Program-made: the position numbers and the translations under genes
Assembly: GCA_030390025.1 (NCBI GenBank)
Contig: CM059432.1
Coordinates: forward strand, 131,442,001 to 131,506,000
Source: Squalus acanthias
Lineage: Eukaryota
Length of the DNA stretch: 64,000 nt
Reading direction: 5' to 3'
The notes under the pieces: model-generated
The model's input: only the letters and a program-made list of their open reading frames with translations
Told to the model about the DNA's origin: nothing
The model's database searches: none
Part shown: piece after piece, positions 48,701-61,839 of the stretch
Numbering within the stretch: position 1 is the stretch's first letter
Layout: every line of letters begins with the position of its first letter

Positions 48701-49999
48701 CTCCCACCAGGCAACCACTGACAGGCTCCTCAAGAGTTTAATTTGGTACATTAGTGTGAAATTTCAATTTTGACAAGCTCTGCCTTGTGGCTTCTCAGAG
48801 AAAGACTGATGCAATAAAGTCCATTGACACTCAATTCAGGGACGTTTCAATTCAGTACAGCTAAAATAGGAAAAAAACTAAAAAAAAGTACTGGAAATCT
48901 GAAATAAAACCAGAAAAAACAGGAGATAGACAGCATTTGTAAAGAAAAAGACAAATTAATATTTCGGGTGTAGACCTTTTGGGCAGTGTAATATTTTGGA
49001 TTAAAGTTCACTGACAATTAGGTTGAGTTTGCCAATAGATCGGTTATCTTTAATAAAATCAGAGATTTTTGTCCTTTGGTATCACTTGATTCTAAACCCA
49101 ATTCCTCATTTGGTTTTGGGCTTTATTTTAGTGGTACGCCAGGGGTACAGAACCTTAGTGTAGCGGTACATATTATAATGGAATGGTAATTTTTGGATGC
49201 AGCTGCGATAGGCATGTAGTCAATTTGCTTGTCTGAAGAGCTACCAAGCAAAAGGCACTTCTCCAAAAGGGGCGAAGGTCCTCATAGATCCACCACAGCT
49301 GGTGATAAAACAACATTGATAAGAGGCCTGGAAAAATAGTCTCCTCCCTAAGTCAGGGAATGATGAATGGCCAGAGAGTGAACCTACAAATTGGTGAGAC
49401 TTTAAACAACAAATGAGGGGAAATTAAAGAATATTATCAAATGCCACCTAATCCCCTGCAGATGCTGACAATTTTTACTATTTCATTTAAGATGAAACGG
49501 AATTAGTAAAATGGTCATTCTCATGTTGTTTCTGATAATAACTTCTCTGAAGAACCAGATTATGATGCTGCTCTTGGTTGCTTCGTGGTAATCATGTAAA
49601 CGTTACATCATCATATTTCACCTCGTTCTTATCGACTGTTTCATTACAGGTTCATATTTTCTGGTGATAATTTCTGGATAATTAAATTCAACTGGAATGA
49701 AGCCCTTTTAAAAAATGTAAACAAGCAACCACTGTCACGATCCTAAAAGGCTTGGAAAGTTATCAGCATTGCCACAGTAACAGCTACATTCCAAGTCTGA
49801 CTGAGGTACAAGATCAAAGTGCAATCACATGTTTACACAATCTATTTACTTAGATTAAACTACAGGTTACTTCTCAACCTGTTGCTACTGACACATTTCT
49901 AACTCCAAAATATTTAACATCTGACTCCGCTGACACTGTGAAGGTAATGAATGAAGAAGTGACACACATGCAAAGAGACTGTAAGGAAGGGGGAGCAGG

Positions 50000-50270
50000 T
50001 AGCTGACCTTGGCTGCTCCAGTGGGGTCGCTAAGCTTCTTCCTGCACTGCAGAGGAGTGCTGGGAGTTCAAGGAAGTGGCATTCACTGCCACAGCCACCT
50101 CCCTTCACAAAGTACACACCACATTATGGGCGGGTCTCTGGTTCCCCCCCCCCGCCCTCCTCCACCCCCCAACACTAACAAAACATCTTTCCTGCTCCGT
50201 ATCTCCGTTAGGAGGACATGCCGGTTTGGCTTCTTGAAGTTCGCTACTTGTCTTTTTAATCTGGTTGCCA
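50000..50270 (-). pseudogene. Degenerate Myb/SANT exon (Harbinger-derived)
   Basis: KRQVANF...VLLTEIRSRKDVL and VAVAVNATS...LQCRKKL followed by AAG|GTCAG. Confidence 0.5.
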
Positions 50271-51291
50271 TCCTTGTTGCCCGGGTTGCCTGTTTCCTCC
50301 ACTGCTACCATTGCCCCGTTAAGTAGCAGCAGCAGGTTTTAGCATCTGCCTACTGCACCAGGTCTCAGGTCTCTGTTTATTTTCCAGCCCACACCCCCAT
50401 CCCCTTTCCTACTCTCCCTCCAGGTATTTTCCAGGCCGCCAGCCCCTCATGGCCCATTTGGGGCCTAACTACCACCTGCATTACAATGTTTTGTCCCTCC
50501 CTCAGCATGCCTGAGATATTGCAGATTTACCTACTCAGCCTGCATGTCTCTGCCTGTTTCAATTAACTAACCCTTGCCTGAAGGTTCAGCTTCAGTTCTG
50601 ATGGCATGATGGCAATGTCGACATTTTGGGCCCCAGGTATCTGTACACCGCTCTTCTGTTTCTCCTGCTTATGTTTACTGAGTTTGGCATTTCCTGTTCA
50701 AACTCCAGCACAGACGTACTTTCACTTTTGAACTTCTCTGCGCTTCAAATGAACCTTGTAAATGTTTATACAAGCTTGTTTAAGAATGCTACCCTCCCCC
50801 TCACATTTTATCTTGGTGCCATGGGCAGGGCAGAAACAAGACTGAGCAGATTGGAAAAGGGACTGAATGGAAAGGTGGGCATGAAGTTGGGCAGCGACTA
50901 CACATTTGAGGACTTTAGAGAGGAAAAGGAGACTGGGGAGAGGGCGGTAATTGAATAGGATAAAGGGCTGAGGGTGGGCGTTTTGAGGAATGGCAGTTTA
51001 GAAGGGTGGAGGGACAGCCTGAGGAAAGGGAACCATTAATAATTTAGTGAGCATTGGGCCAAGGAGGTAGTTGTGTGGTGAAAAGTTATGTCAGGGTGAA
51101 ATGCAGGGCACAGGAGGAGGGTCTCATAGAAGAGATGAGCTTGATGAGGGGGGAATAACAGGTGGGGAATAAACTACTGAGTGATGTGAGGTTAGGACAG
51201 GCATATGGGAGGCTGCTGAGGATGTGCTGAGACAGTCAAGTGGATAAGCTCAATCTTCAAGATTAAAAAATTCACAAGCTCCTCACATTTG

Positions 51292-52720
51292 GGCCGGAAT
51301 TTTCTTTACCTGGGCGGGTCGGGTGCGTGCGGTCGTTCTTCTTTTCATCCCGCTCCTCACAGCGACTTTCCCTTAATGGCGCATATTAAGGCAGGCCTGC
51401 GCATTTCCCGGCCCTATTAAAAGGTGCGGGTCTGATGATGTCATCGATGACTCATTTCCAGCCGGGATATTTAAAGGAGTCTTGGCCACATTGCATTTGA
51501 AGTTTCATCTCGGAGTGTGCACTCTGTACATTTCAGCATTCGTGTCTTGCTCAACCTTGCACACATGACTGCACAGAGATAGAGGGCTGCACCCAGGTTC
51601 TCAGATGACTCCCTACATAGTCTTGTGGAGGGAGTCAGAGCACGCAGGGAGGTCCCCTTCCTTTCTGATGGGCGCAAGAGACCTCCCCAGGAGACCAAAA
51701 GACCAAACGTGGCATCGGTGACCTGTGTGATTCATCTGTGGGCGGCAGACTCCGAGATGCTGCAAATATCTGCTGCAGATTCCTGGAAGGAGCCTGAGGC
51801 AAAGAATTTGAGGCCACTGGTGACTTTGACAGCCACTGGTAAAGCGTGTCCAGCAGGTCCTCTGGGCTGCAGGTCTTGCTCCAGCAAGCTGCAAATGTCT
51901 GCGACAACCTGGGCCTGAGCCTCCTGAAGCACTGCTGCTCAGTCATGTTGAGGAAGTTCAACCTCTGCCTGTATACCCTGTGTTGGGGGTATCGCCTCTG
52001 GCGCGGTGCAGCCCTGCACTGATGCCCTCTGTCCTGTGGAACATCAGGTTGTTGAGGAGAAGGTTGGTGGTGTTGTTGTTGCTGCTGCTGGTGTGCCTGC
52101 TGCTGCTGGTGTTGGAGCTCATCGTGGTCTGATTCTGAGGACCAAGGTGAGACAGTATAAATGGCACCTCTGCTGATGTAACAGATGGCAGGTCAAGTAG
52201 AGATCAGAGAAGCAATCTGTCAATGGTGTGATAGGTAGTAGCAATGAGGTGAGAGTGGTTTCCGAATTTGCAGAAAAGACTTGCAAACTCCTGACACCTA
52301 AACCTATGCTGAAAATGCTCTCAGCAACAGCATTTTCCTCAGGAAAGTAAGCAGGTGTTAGGTGGCAGTATTTACTGTGCTTTCCATGCTCTGCTTTAAT
52401 GACCTCGATCAATAGCCACTGAACTTCTGCCTCAGCTTGACAGACGTGGTTCCCGATCTGCGTGATTCCTGTGGTCATGCAGTGAAATTCAAAAGATCTG
52501 GTTAAAAACACGGTTAAGGGTCTGACAACAAGGTAATAATGATCTAAATTAGTTCGCCCGCCTCTGCCGTTCGGGTCTGTGCCGCGCTGGCAAACGCGCC
52601 CGAGTTAAAGGCGCGAGGAGGCAGGATGACGGCGGGTTCCCGACGCGCTTCGATTTATTTCCACTTTTACTCCTGACACGCTTCCAATCCCACACGCACG
52701 GCAGTATGAAAATTCTGGCC
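51292..52720. mobile_element. PIF/Harbinger deletion derivative
   Basis: TIRs GGCCGGAATTTTC / GAAAATTCTGGCC and TSD TTG. Myb 5' remnant (+, from 51565) abuts a transposase 5' remnant (-, about 51702-52170; FFASGSFQ). Confidence 0.9.
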
Positions 52721-53009
52721 TTGATGTTGGAGGTGAGAATGGGGGAGCACAAGAATAGAGCCAGAGGAGGTGGTTTGCCTTTGAGAACAGCAATCTGGTC
52801 TGATGTTGTCTTTACACTCTAGGATAATCACAGAGAGGGAGGTGCAGTATTGCTTAATATGATCCAGATAGATTTGGTAGTGAACATCCAAGCCATCAGG
52901 TGCCCTCAAGCCTGTGGCTCTCAGATTTAGGTACATGGAGGTAGGAATTTTATCAGGAGAACAGTGGAAATGGAAAACTCTGAGGGACTAATGGGCATTG
53001 CAGGTAATA

Positions 53010-53416
53010 GCAGCCTTGGCTCACTTTGAGCACTCTCGCCTATGAGTCAGAAGGTCATGGGTTCAAGTTCCATTCCAGAGACTTGAGCACATGATCTAGG
53101 TTGACACATCATTGTAGTACTGAGGGAATGCTGCACACTTGGAGGTGCCAGCTTTCAGATAAGATGTTAAACTGAGGCCCATCTTCCCTCTCAGGTCGAC
53201 GTAAGAGATCCCATGGCACTTTTCGAAGAAGAGCAGGGGAGCTCTCCCGGTGTCCTGAACGATATTTATCCCCAAACCAACATCACTAAAACAGACTATC
53301 TAGTCATTTATCTCATTGCTATTTGTGGGACCTTACTGTGTGAAAATTGGCTGCCGCATTTCCTGCATTACAACAGTGACTACACTTCAAAAGTACTTCA
53401 TTGGCGGTAAAGCGCT
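53010..53416 (+). mobile_element. DeuSINE-like SINE, 3' tail missing
   Basis: Family match. Confidence 0.8.
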
Positions 53417-55661
53417 TGTGGCAGGTAGGGGGCTAGAGGAGAGGAATTTGGAGACAGAACCTGGGATAGGTTTGTTTGGCATCGGAAGTGATTGTTGAGG
53501 GGTTGGAGGTGGACAGGGTGATGTGAATGTTGAAGGAATTGAGGATGTGATGTAAGATGGCTTTGTCAGTGATAGTAATCTTGGAGGTGGCAAAGCCATG
53601 TGAGGTGGAGAGATCAAGGAGATGGCAATGAGTGTGGTTGATGACATTGATGTGTAAGGTGAGGCCAAGTGAGGCAGCAGCACAGAGAAATTGGAGGATA
53701 GAATGTTAAGGAAATTTAGGTGAAGATTCAGATCATTAAGGACGAGGAACTGGTTGGTGCAGAGGCTAATGAGGAGAGTGGTGGGGAAGGTAAGGGGCTT
53801 AGGAGGGCGATAGACAATAAGAACTTTGCAGTAGAGATGGGAGGGGTGGTACAGAGTAATGTTCTCAAAGGAGGAAAAGGTGCCGGAGAAGGGGACAGGT
53901 TGAAATGGGAACTGGTGGTGGAACCATGCAGCAATCACAATGGTTAGGGTGGGAAACTGGTGGAATTGGGTGCACTGAGGGTGAGGGTGATTGAAGTCCC
54001 TGTCTATGAGTCAAGTTTTGATCAGCCCCAGGATATCGATAGACGCATCTGGAATGAAATCAGGGATGATGAGAGCCTTATTTGTAAGGGAGCAAACATT
54101 TTGAAACCAATGCTAAATGGTTGGGTAGTGTGAGAGATGCAGGGATTGCAAATAGGCAGGGTCTAGGGCAGTGGCGAGAGTGCCGGGGAAGAGGTCGGCA
54201 AGGTTTCATCTCAGAGAGGGAGGTAGGTGAGATTTACGCTAAGATAGGGTCTGCGACATCTTGAGCAGTACTGTTGTGGTATCCAGATATCACCATTCAA
54301 TAATGCTACAGATGTACATTAATGCCTTTAATTCCCGAATAGCCAATTTACATGGACATAAAAGTCACCATATTTATTTAGAATTTATTTTGCAAATAAA
54401 GACTACAATATTCTCCACTTGACCCACTTCATTCCCTGGGGATCTAGTCCCTGGGGAATGAAGTGGGTCAAGTGGAGAATGTCACAGTGGGGAGCATCTC
54501 GGGAATATAGTGATCATTATATAATAAGGTTTAGATTAGTTATGGAGAAGGACAAGGAGCAATTTAGAATAAAAATACTTAACTGGAGCAGTGCATATTT
54601 CAGCGAATTGAGGAGGGATCTGATCCTGGTAAATTGGAGTCAAAGACTGGCAGGCAGAAATGCAATGGAGCAATGGGCAGTTTTTTAAGAGAAGATGGTT
54701 CGGGTACAGTCTAGGTACAGTCCTACAAGGGGGAAAGGGAGGACAACCAAAGTCAAAGCTCCCTGGATGACGAAGAAGTTAGAGAGTAGGGTGAAGCAGA
54801 AAAGGGTGGTGGTGGTGTATGACAGATGTCAGCTTGATAATACAAGAGAGATTCAGGCCAAATATAAAAAGTTCAGAGGAGAAGTGAAAAGAGAAGAGGA
54901 GCAAAGAGACACTACGAGAATAGATTGGTGGCTAACATAAAAGGGAATCCAAAGGTCTTCTATAAGCATATTAACAGTAAAATGGTTGTCAGATGAGTGG
55001 TGGGGCCGATTAGGGACCAAAATGGAGATTTATTGGTGGAGGCAGAAGGCATGGCTGAGGTACTAAATGAGTACTTTGCCTCTGTGTTTAGAAACATTGA
55101 AAAATAGGAGCAGGAGTAGGCTATTCAGCCCTTCGAGCCTGCTCTGCCATTCAATATGATCATGGCTGATCCTCTATCTCAATACCATATTCCCACTCTC
55201 CCCATACCCCTTGATGCCTTTTGTGTCTAGAAATCTATCTATCTCCTTCTTAAATATATTCAGTGACTTGACCTCCACAGCCTTCTGTGGTAGAGAATTC
55301 CACAGGTTCACCACCCTCTGAGTGAAGAAATTTCTCCTCATCTCAGTCCTAAATGTCCTACCCCGTATCCTGAGACTGTGACCCCTCATTCTAGACCCCC
55401 CCAGCCAGGGGAAATATCTTCCCTGCATCCAGTCTGTCTAGCCCTGTCAGAATGTTATACATTTCAATGAGATCCCCTCTCATTCTTCTAAACTCTAGTG
55501 AATACAGGCCTAGTCGACTCAATCTCTCCTCATACGACAGTCCTGCCATCCCAGGAATCAGTCTGGTGAACCTTCACTGCACTCCCTCTATGGCAAGTAT
55601 ATCCTTTCTTAGGTAAGGAGACCAAAATTGCACACAGTGCTCCAGGTGTGGTCTCACCAAG

Positions 55662-56375
55662 ATGTGGAGATGCCGATGTTGGACTGGGGTGGATAAATGT
55701 GAGAAGTCGCACAACACCAGGTTATAGTCCAACAGCTTTATTTGAAATCACAAGCTTTCGGAGCGCTGCTCCTTTGTCAGGTGAAGTGAAGAGATATATA
55801 TAGGCACAGCATATATAGTCAAAGAACACTGCCAGATGATTACAGTTAATCTTTCTAACTGCCCTTTATCACACCTCGGCAGAGAGATAATCACGGCAAT
55901 CAAAAATGTGGATGCTGTCCAAACAGGTCAGTCAGGAAAACATTACATCAAAGACAATGAGGTGGGGTCACAAGGGGTCAAATGTGGCAGTTGCTGGGGT
56001 CTGTATGAAAAACAAAAAACTTTTTTTGCTGGAAATTACAGCAGGTCCGGCCGCATCTGTGTAGAGAGAACAAGCCAACGACGACTCGAGTCTGGATGAC
56101 TCTACGTCAGGTGGGGTTACATGTAACGTGACATGAACCCAAGATCCCGGTTGAGGCCATCCTCATGGGTGCGGAACTTGGCTATCAGTTTCTGCTCGAC
56201 GATTTTGCGTTGTCGGGTGTCTCGAAGGCCGCCTTGGAGAACGCTTACCCGAAGATCGGAGGCTTAATGTCCTTGACTGCTGAAGTGTTCCCCGACGAAG
56301 GAGCAGCGCTCTGAAAGCTTGTGATTTCAAATAAAGCTGTTGGACTATAACCTGGTGTTGTGCGACTTCTCACAT
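55662..56375 (-). mobile_element. Penelope-like element 3' fragment with inverted terminal segment
   Basis: 13-bp TSD TGGTCTCACCAAG; GEHFSSQGH...EQKLIAKFRTHEDGLNRDLGFM* at 56117-56293; inverted arms at 55697-55779 and 56294-56375. Confidence 0.88.
55748..55784 (-). ncRNA. Minimal type I hammerhead ribozyme-like motif (core G mutated)
   Basis: TCAC-CTGACAA-A-GGAGC-AGC-GCTCC-GAAA-GCTT-GTGA; the inverted copy at 56294 retains GACGA. Confidence 0.6.
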
Positions 56376-57798
56376 TGGTCTCACCAAGGCCCTGTATAAC
56401 TGTAGTAAGACATCCTTGCTCCTGTACCCAAATCCTCTTGCAATGAAGGCCAACATACCATTTGCCTTCCTAACTGCTTGCTGCACCTGCATGTTTGCTT
56501 TCAGTGACTGGTGTACAAGGACACCCAGGTCCCTTTGTACATCAACATTTCCCAATCTATCACCATTTAAATAATACTCTGCCTTTCTGTTTTTCCTACC
56601 GAAGTGGATAACTTCACATTTATCCACGTTATACTGCATCTGCCATGTATTTACCCACTCACTCAACTTGTCTAAATCACCTTGAAGCCTCTTTGCATCC
56701 TCCTCACAACTCACAATCCCACCTAGTTTCATGTCATCAGCAAACTTGGAAATATTACATTTGGTTCCCTCATCCAAATCATCGATATATATTGTGAATA
56801 GCTGAGGCCCAAGCACTGATCCCTGCGGTACCCCACTAGTCACTGCCTGCCACCCTGAAAAATACCTATTTATTCCTACTCTCTGTTTCCTGTCTGTTAA
56901 CCAATTTTCAATCCATGCCAGTATATTACCCCCAATCCCATGTGCTTTAATTTTGCACACTAATCTCTTATGTGGGACTTTATCAAAGGCCTTTTGAAAA
57001 TCCAAATACACCACATCCACTGGTTCTCCCTTATCTATTCTACCAGTTACATCCTCAAAAAACTCCAGTAGGTTTGTCAAACACGATTTCCCTTTCATAA
57101 ATCCATGTTGACTTTGTCTAATCCAGTTGATATTTTCTAAAGTGTCCTGTTATCACATCCTTTATAATAGACTCTAGTTACTAAGGAAGAGAACTTTGAA
57201 AAAGCTACAATAAATGAGGTTGTTGGCAGGATACTGGATGAGATAAAAATATATAAAGAGGAGTTACTAGAAATTCTGGCAGTACTTAAAGTGGATACAT
57301 CACCCGGTCTGGATGGGATGCATCCTAGGTTGCCGAGGGAAGTAAGGTTAGAAATTGTGGCGGTGCTGGCCACAATCTTAGATACAGGGGTGGTGCCAGA
57401 GGACTGGAGGATTGCAAATGTTACACTCTTGTTCAAAAGAGGGGAGAAGGATAAACCTGGCAATTACAGGCCAGTCAGTTTAACTTCGGTGAGAGGGAAG
57501 CTTTGAGAAACAATAATCCAGAAAAAAATTAACAGCCACTTGGACAAGCATGGACTAATAAAGAAGAACCAGCACAGATTTGTTAAGGGCAAATTGTGTT
57601 TGACTAACTTGATTGAGTTTTTTGATGAAGTAACAGAGAGGGTGGATGAGGGCAGTGCAGTTAATGTTGTGTATATGGACTTTCAAAAGGCATTTGATAA
57701 AGTACCAGATACTAGGCTTGTGAGCAAAATTGAAGCTCATGGGGTAAAAAGGGCAGTAGCAGGATGAATACAAAATTAACTAAGAGATAGAAAACAGA

Positions 57799-58571
57799 GG
57801 GGGAGAAATTCGGTATAGCCCTGTTTGGGGCGCTAAAACTTTAAAAGTTGAAAAATTAGTGCCAGGCGCTAATCATTCTTGCCTCCCGCGAAATTCAGTT
57901 TTAGTGCTCCAAGAGGGAAGTGGAGCGCTAAATCGAGCGCTAACCACTTCTCTTCAAGCGCTAAAGTGTGTGAGAGGGGCGGTAGCGGCAGAGCGCTGAA
58001 GAATGTGCAGTGCAGTGCTGCCGGCATCAGAGGCTCCTTCGCTCGCTTAAAGGGAAGGGTCAATGATGATTTGCAACATTCTTCTTCTTAGTTTCTTGGG
58101 GCCAGGGGACCTGCGCGACTTCCATTACAGCCCCAATCACTCTCGGAGAGTGGAGGGCTTAGGCATCGTGCAGCAATGAGGCTTCAAAACTTACAGCAGG
58201 CACCAGACTGGTGCGAAGAATAAAGTTTGGCCTATCTGACCAGCACTGCCTATAATTATCGCTCCCCAAGTGGCCAGCCGAGGTGACAACGCCTCCTGTT
58301 GCTGTCGTTGTTGACGCCCGGCGATGCAGCAGGGGGCGGGAGCGAATTTCACATCCGGGGCGGTAACGGGTCGCTGTGCACTTGATGACTTCACGATCTA
58401 CGGGGTGCTAGAGACCGAGGCGGTAAGTGTTAGCGCCAGCGCAAAACTGCCAGGGAAGTTCGCGGGCGTCGCTGAATTTGCCGCGACCTGTCGGTAACCC
58501 CTTAGCGCCCCGTTACCGCCCCCCACAGGCGATAATGGGAGGTGCAAAGCAGCCGAATTTCTAGCTAGCCC
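57799..58571. mobile_element. Harbinger-type MITE
   Basis: GGGGGAGAAATTCGG / CCGAATTTCTAGCTAGCCC ends and TSD AGA; removing it restores the CR1 sequence. Confidence 0.85.
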
Positions 58572-58930
58572 AGAGAGTTGTGGTGAATGGCTGTATTTCA
58601 GACTGGTGGGAGGTATACAGTGGTGTTCCCCAGAGTTCCGTATTGGACCACTGCTGTTTTTGATATGCATTAATGACTTGGACTTGGGGTACATGGCTCA
58701 ATTTCAAAATTTGCAGATAACACGAAACTTGGAAGTGTAGTAAACAGTGAGAATGATAGTAATAGATTTCAAGAGGACATAGACAGGCTGATGGAATGGG
58801 CAGACACATGGCAGATGAAATTCAACGCAGAATAGTATGAGGAGATACATTTTAGTAGGAAGAATGAGGAAAGACAATACAAGCTAAATGGTACAATTTT
58901 AAAGGGGGTGCAAGAACAGAGAGACATGGG

Positions 58931-59576
58931 GGGCTGGATTTTCAATGACCCGTGGAGTCGGGTTTGGAGGCGTGTGGGGGGTTAAAGTTGCAGATTCGGG
59001 GGTCCCGACCCCATCCCGCCTCCACGCAATTTTGATAAAATCGTGTGCGGTGTTCCCGACTCCAAGAGGCGGGAGAGGCCATTAAAGCCCTTAGCAAGCC
59101 CTAAATTGGCTCTGTAATGCCATTTTGCAACGTTTTAGCTAGTTTAACCCTTTTCTGATGTGAAGTTTGCCTGATGTGAAACACGCCAGTGAAACCTGGC
59201 GGGAGCACAAGTGGATAGCTGACTATCAGCTGCAGGTCCACTATTACAACGGAGATGTGATGAAGGTAGTAGTAGTATTAGGTCACCTCTGATGCTGCTG
59301 CATTGAATGTCTTTAGAGACTGCCGGGGCCTTTGGAGGACCTGGATGAAAAAATTCCTCTCTCTCTCTCTCTGCTGAGCAGCATTTAATGATGACATCAT
59401 CAGAGGCGACTTTCAGACTGAAACCACTAATTGGTTCATGGGTTCCCACATGCTGGAACTCAATTGCCCAATTAAGTTAAAATTGCATCAATCTCCCACA
59501 TCCAATTTCAGGTGGGTGGATAACACGAAATGCGGATGACACGACCCCAACCCGACCCCAAGACAAAATCCAGCCC
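58931..59576. mobile_element. Harbinger-type MITE
   Basis: Perfect 12-bp TIRs GGGCTGGATTTT and TSD GGG, within CR1. Confidence 0.88.
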
Positions 59577-60458
59577 GGGGTGTTTGTGAATAAATCTTTG
59601 AAGGTGGCAGGACAGGTTAATAAAGCATTTAATAAAGCATATGGGAGTGGGACTAACTAGATTGCTCTTCGAAAGTGCCGGCGCAAACTCGATGGGCCGA
59701 ATGGCTGTCTTCTGCGCTGTACTATTGTATGATTCTATGATTCTGTAATATACTTAAAGGGTCACTTAGAAAAGAAAATCATCTATTTCATGGCCATCTT
59801 GTAACAGATTAGAAATGATTTTTTTTAAAGAGTAATCCAGTTATTTACAATTGTACTTGTACTGCACTCGTCACTATTCCTAACAATTTATAATCTTACC
59901 ATAATTACTAATCTCTTCACTCTGCCAAGTTGGATGTCAATGCACCTTTAAATGTTCAAGCAGAAAGAAATGTTTTCCTCTTTGAATCAACAAAGGGTGA
60001 ATAACCTTGTTACTGTTCAGCTATCAAGGCGACTGCTCACTGCCTCCCACACACACCAGTTCAGATAAACCCAGGGTTGTGATAGAAGAGGAGAAAGCAA
60101 ATAAGAATGGTTGATTTATAGGTAGGTGAGACAAATAAACAGATGATCCACTCTTTGCTCTGACCCTTTCAGCTATTTCCCACAGATGGTTTTGTGCGGG
60201 CGTTTGCAGATGTTTTGCGTCTGCTTATGTTACTCATCGCCAATGAGATAGTCTGTGTTGAGTAGGACTCTGAATGAGGCACATGCACACCAAAATGATC
60301 TTGAGAATTCTCCTAATCTAATTTCAAATGATAAAACAATGAACTCGTTCCAGTTTTTTTTTAATACATGTATTTGCCTATCATGTTCCACTTACAAAAA
60401 GATAGGATAATGTCAAACCCTACCTATGTTAAAGATAGGATAATGTTAAACCCTACCC

Positions 60459-60930
60459 TGTGTTAGCCGTGGCTCAGTCGGTAGCACACTTGCCTCTGAG
60501 TCAGAAGGTTGTGGGTTCAGAGTCCCACCCCATGGGACTTGAGCACATAAAGCTAGGTTGACACTCCAGGGCAGTGCTGAGGGAGTGCTGCACTGTCGGA
60601 GGTGCCGTCTTTCAGATGAGATGTTAAACCCAGGCCCTGTCTGCTCTCTCAGGTGGACGTAAAAGACCCATGGCACTATTTCGAAGAGTAGGGGCGTTCT
60701 CCCCGGTATTCTGGCCAATATTTATCCCTCAACCAACATAACAAAATACAGATTATCTGGTCATTATCACATTGCTGTTTGTGGGACCTTGCTGTGCGCA
60801 AATTGGCTGCCGCATTTCCCACATTACAACAGTGACTACACTTCAAATAGTACTTCATTGGCTGTAAGGCGCTTTGAGACGTCCGGTGATCGTGAAAGGT
60901 GCTATATAAATGTAAGTCTTTCTTTCTTTT
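60459..60930 (+). mobile_element. DeuSINE-like SINE
   Basis: Full head-to-tail family match. Confidence 0.87.
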
Positions 60931-61249
60931 TATATTACTGTTGCTCATAAATATTCTAATTCTTGGGTACTGCAGTGACACATTTGTACTAATACCAGGT
61001 GTAAGATATCCATTCATTCACATGACTGAGGTAATTTGTTTCTTTCAGGACCTGGTGTAACTGATAGCCCATGGAAAGGCAGAGGCAAAGTGGCAATACC
61101 TGAGATATGGGCACTGCTCTCTGACACTAGCCCACTTATTTTGGCATCATAGCAAATATATTTTTTTAAACTGGGTTTGCAAACAGTAGTGGTTTCCACA
61201 GGTACAATTTTTTAAACTTTTCCAAAATGGGAATTTTCTTTTTGGCTCC

Positions 61250-61625
61250 AGTTATCCCAGGGATGAGGGACTTCAGTTATGTGGAGAGACTAGAGAAGCT
61301 GGGATTGTTCTCCTTAGAGCAGTTAAGGAGAGATTTAATAGAGATGTTCAACATTATGAAGGGTTTTGATAGAGTAAATAAGGAGAAACTGTTTTCACTG
61401 GTGGGTGGGTAGGTAATCAGAGGACATAGATTTAAGATAACTGGCAAAAGAAGGAGATGAGGAGAATTATTTTTTAGGCAGCGAGTTATGATCTGGAATG
61501 CATTATCTGAAAGGATGGTGGAAGCAGATTCAATAGTAACTTTCAAAAGGGGATGGATATATACTTGAAGGGGAAAATTCTGCAAGGCAGATAATTGGAT
61601 AGCTCTTTCAAAGAGCCAGCACAGG
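61250..61625 (+). mobile_element. Old CR1 3' fragment
   Basis: IPGMRDFSYVERLEKLGLFSLE...RDLIEMF. Confidence 0.8.
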
Positions 61626-61839
61626 CTGTAAGTAAGATTCAATATTCCCCCAGCAGCTAAGGAAGCTTTGTGTAAGGGCGGCATTGCAAGCACGACTGAC
61701 ATTGAGTCTGGTGGTGGGATATTTATTTGCGTCCTTTACCTCTGGTGTCAGTGCCATTCGTGTTGCAGAGAACGGCTAAGAACCGTCAACTTGCTGCTCT
61801 CAAGTTATATTGCACTGGGTAGTTTGTACAGTAAGTCCC

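Larger units (their letters stand above)
50810..54270 (-). mobile_element. Old L2-like LINE fragment (endonuclease region), interrupted by a Harbinger element and a SINE
   Basis: Degenerate QNV.SL.NK, SSFE, VYRPPK and DLNLH motifs at 53420-54130; purine-rich continuation on both sides of the inserts. Boundaries are approximate. Confidence 0.55.
55091..57177 (-). mobile_element. 5'-truncated CR1 LINE, interrupted by a Penelope-like insert
   Basis: ORF 56370-57098 (RT core) and 3' part at 55091-55661; TSD TTA. Confidence 0.92.
54460..59725 (+). mobile_element. Old CR1 ORF2 remnant, split by three direct insertions (one of them itself interrupted)
   Basis: Collinear pieces: SDH (54510), YFASVF|TKEE, NYRPVSLTS, YMDFQKAFD, RKQR|V, SKFAD, QRD|GV, and an (ATTCTATG)n tail. 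Confidence 0.85.

Noticed and set aside
60398..60463. 33-bp tandem duplication at a SINE 5' junction
   Set aside because: A local duplication; it is not a TSD and there is no evidence of function.
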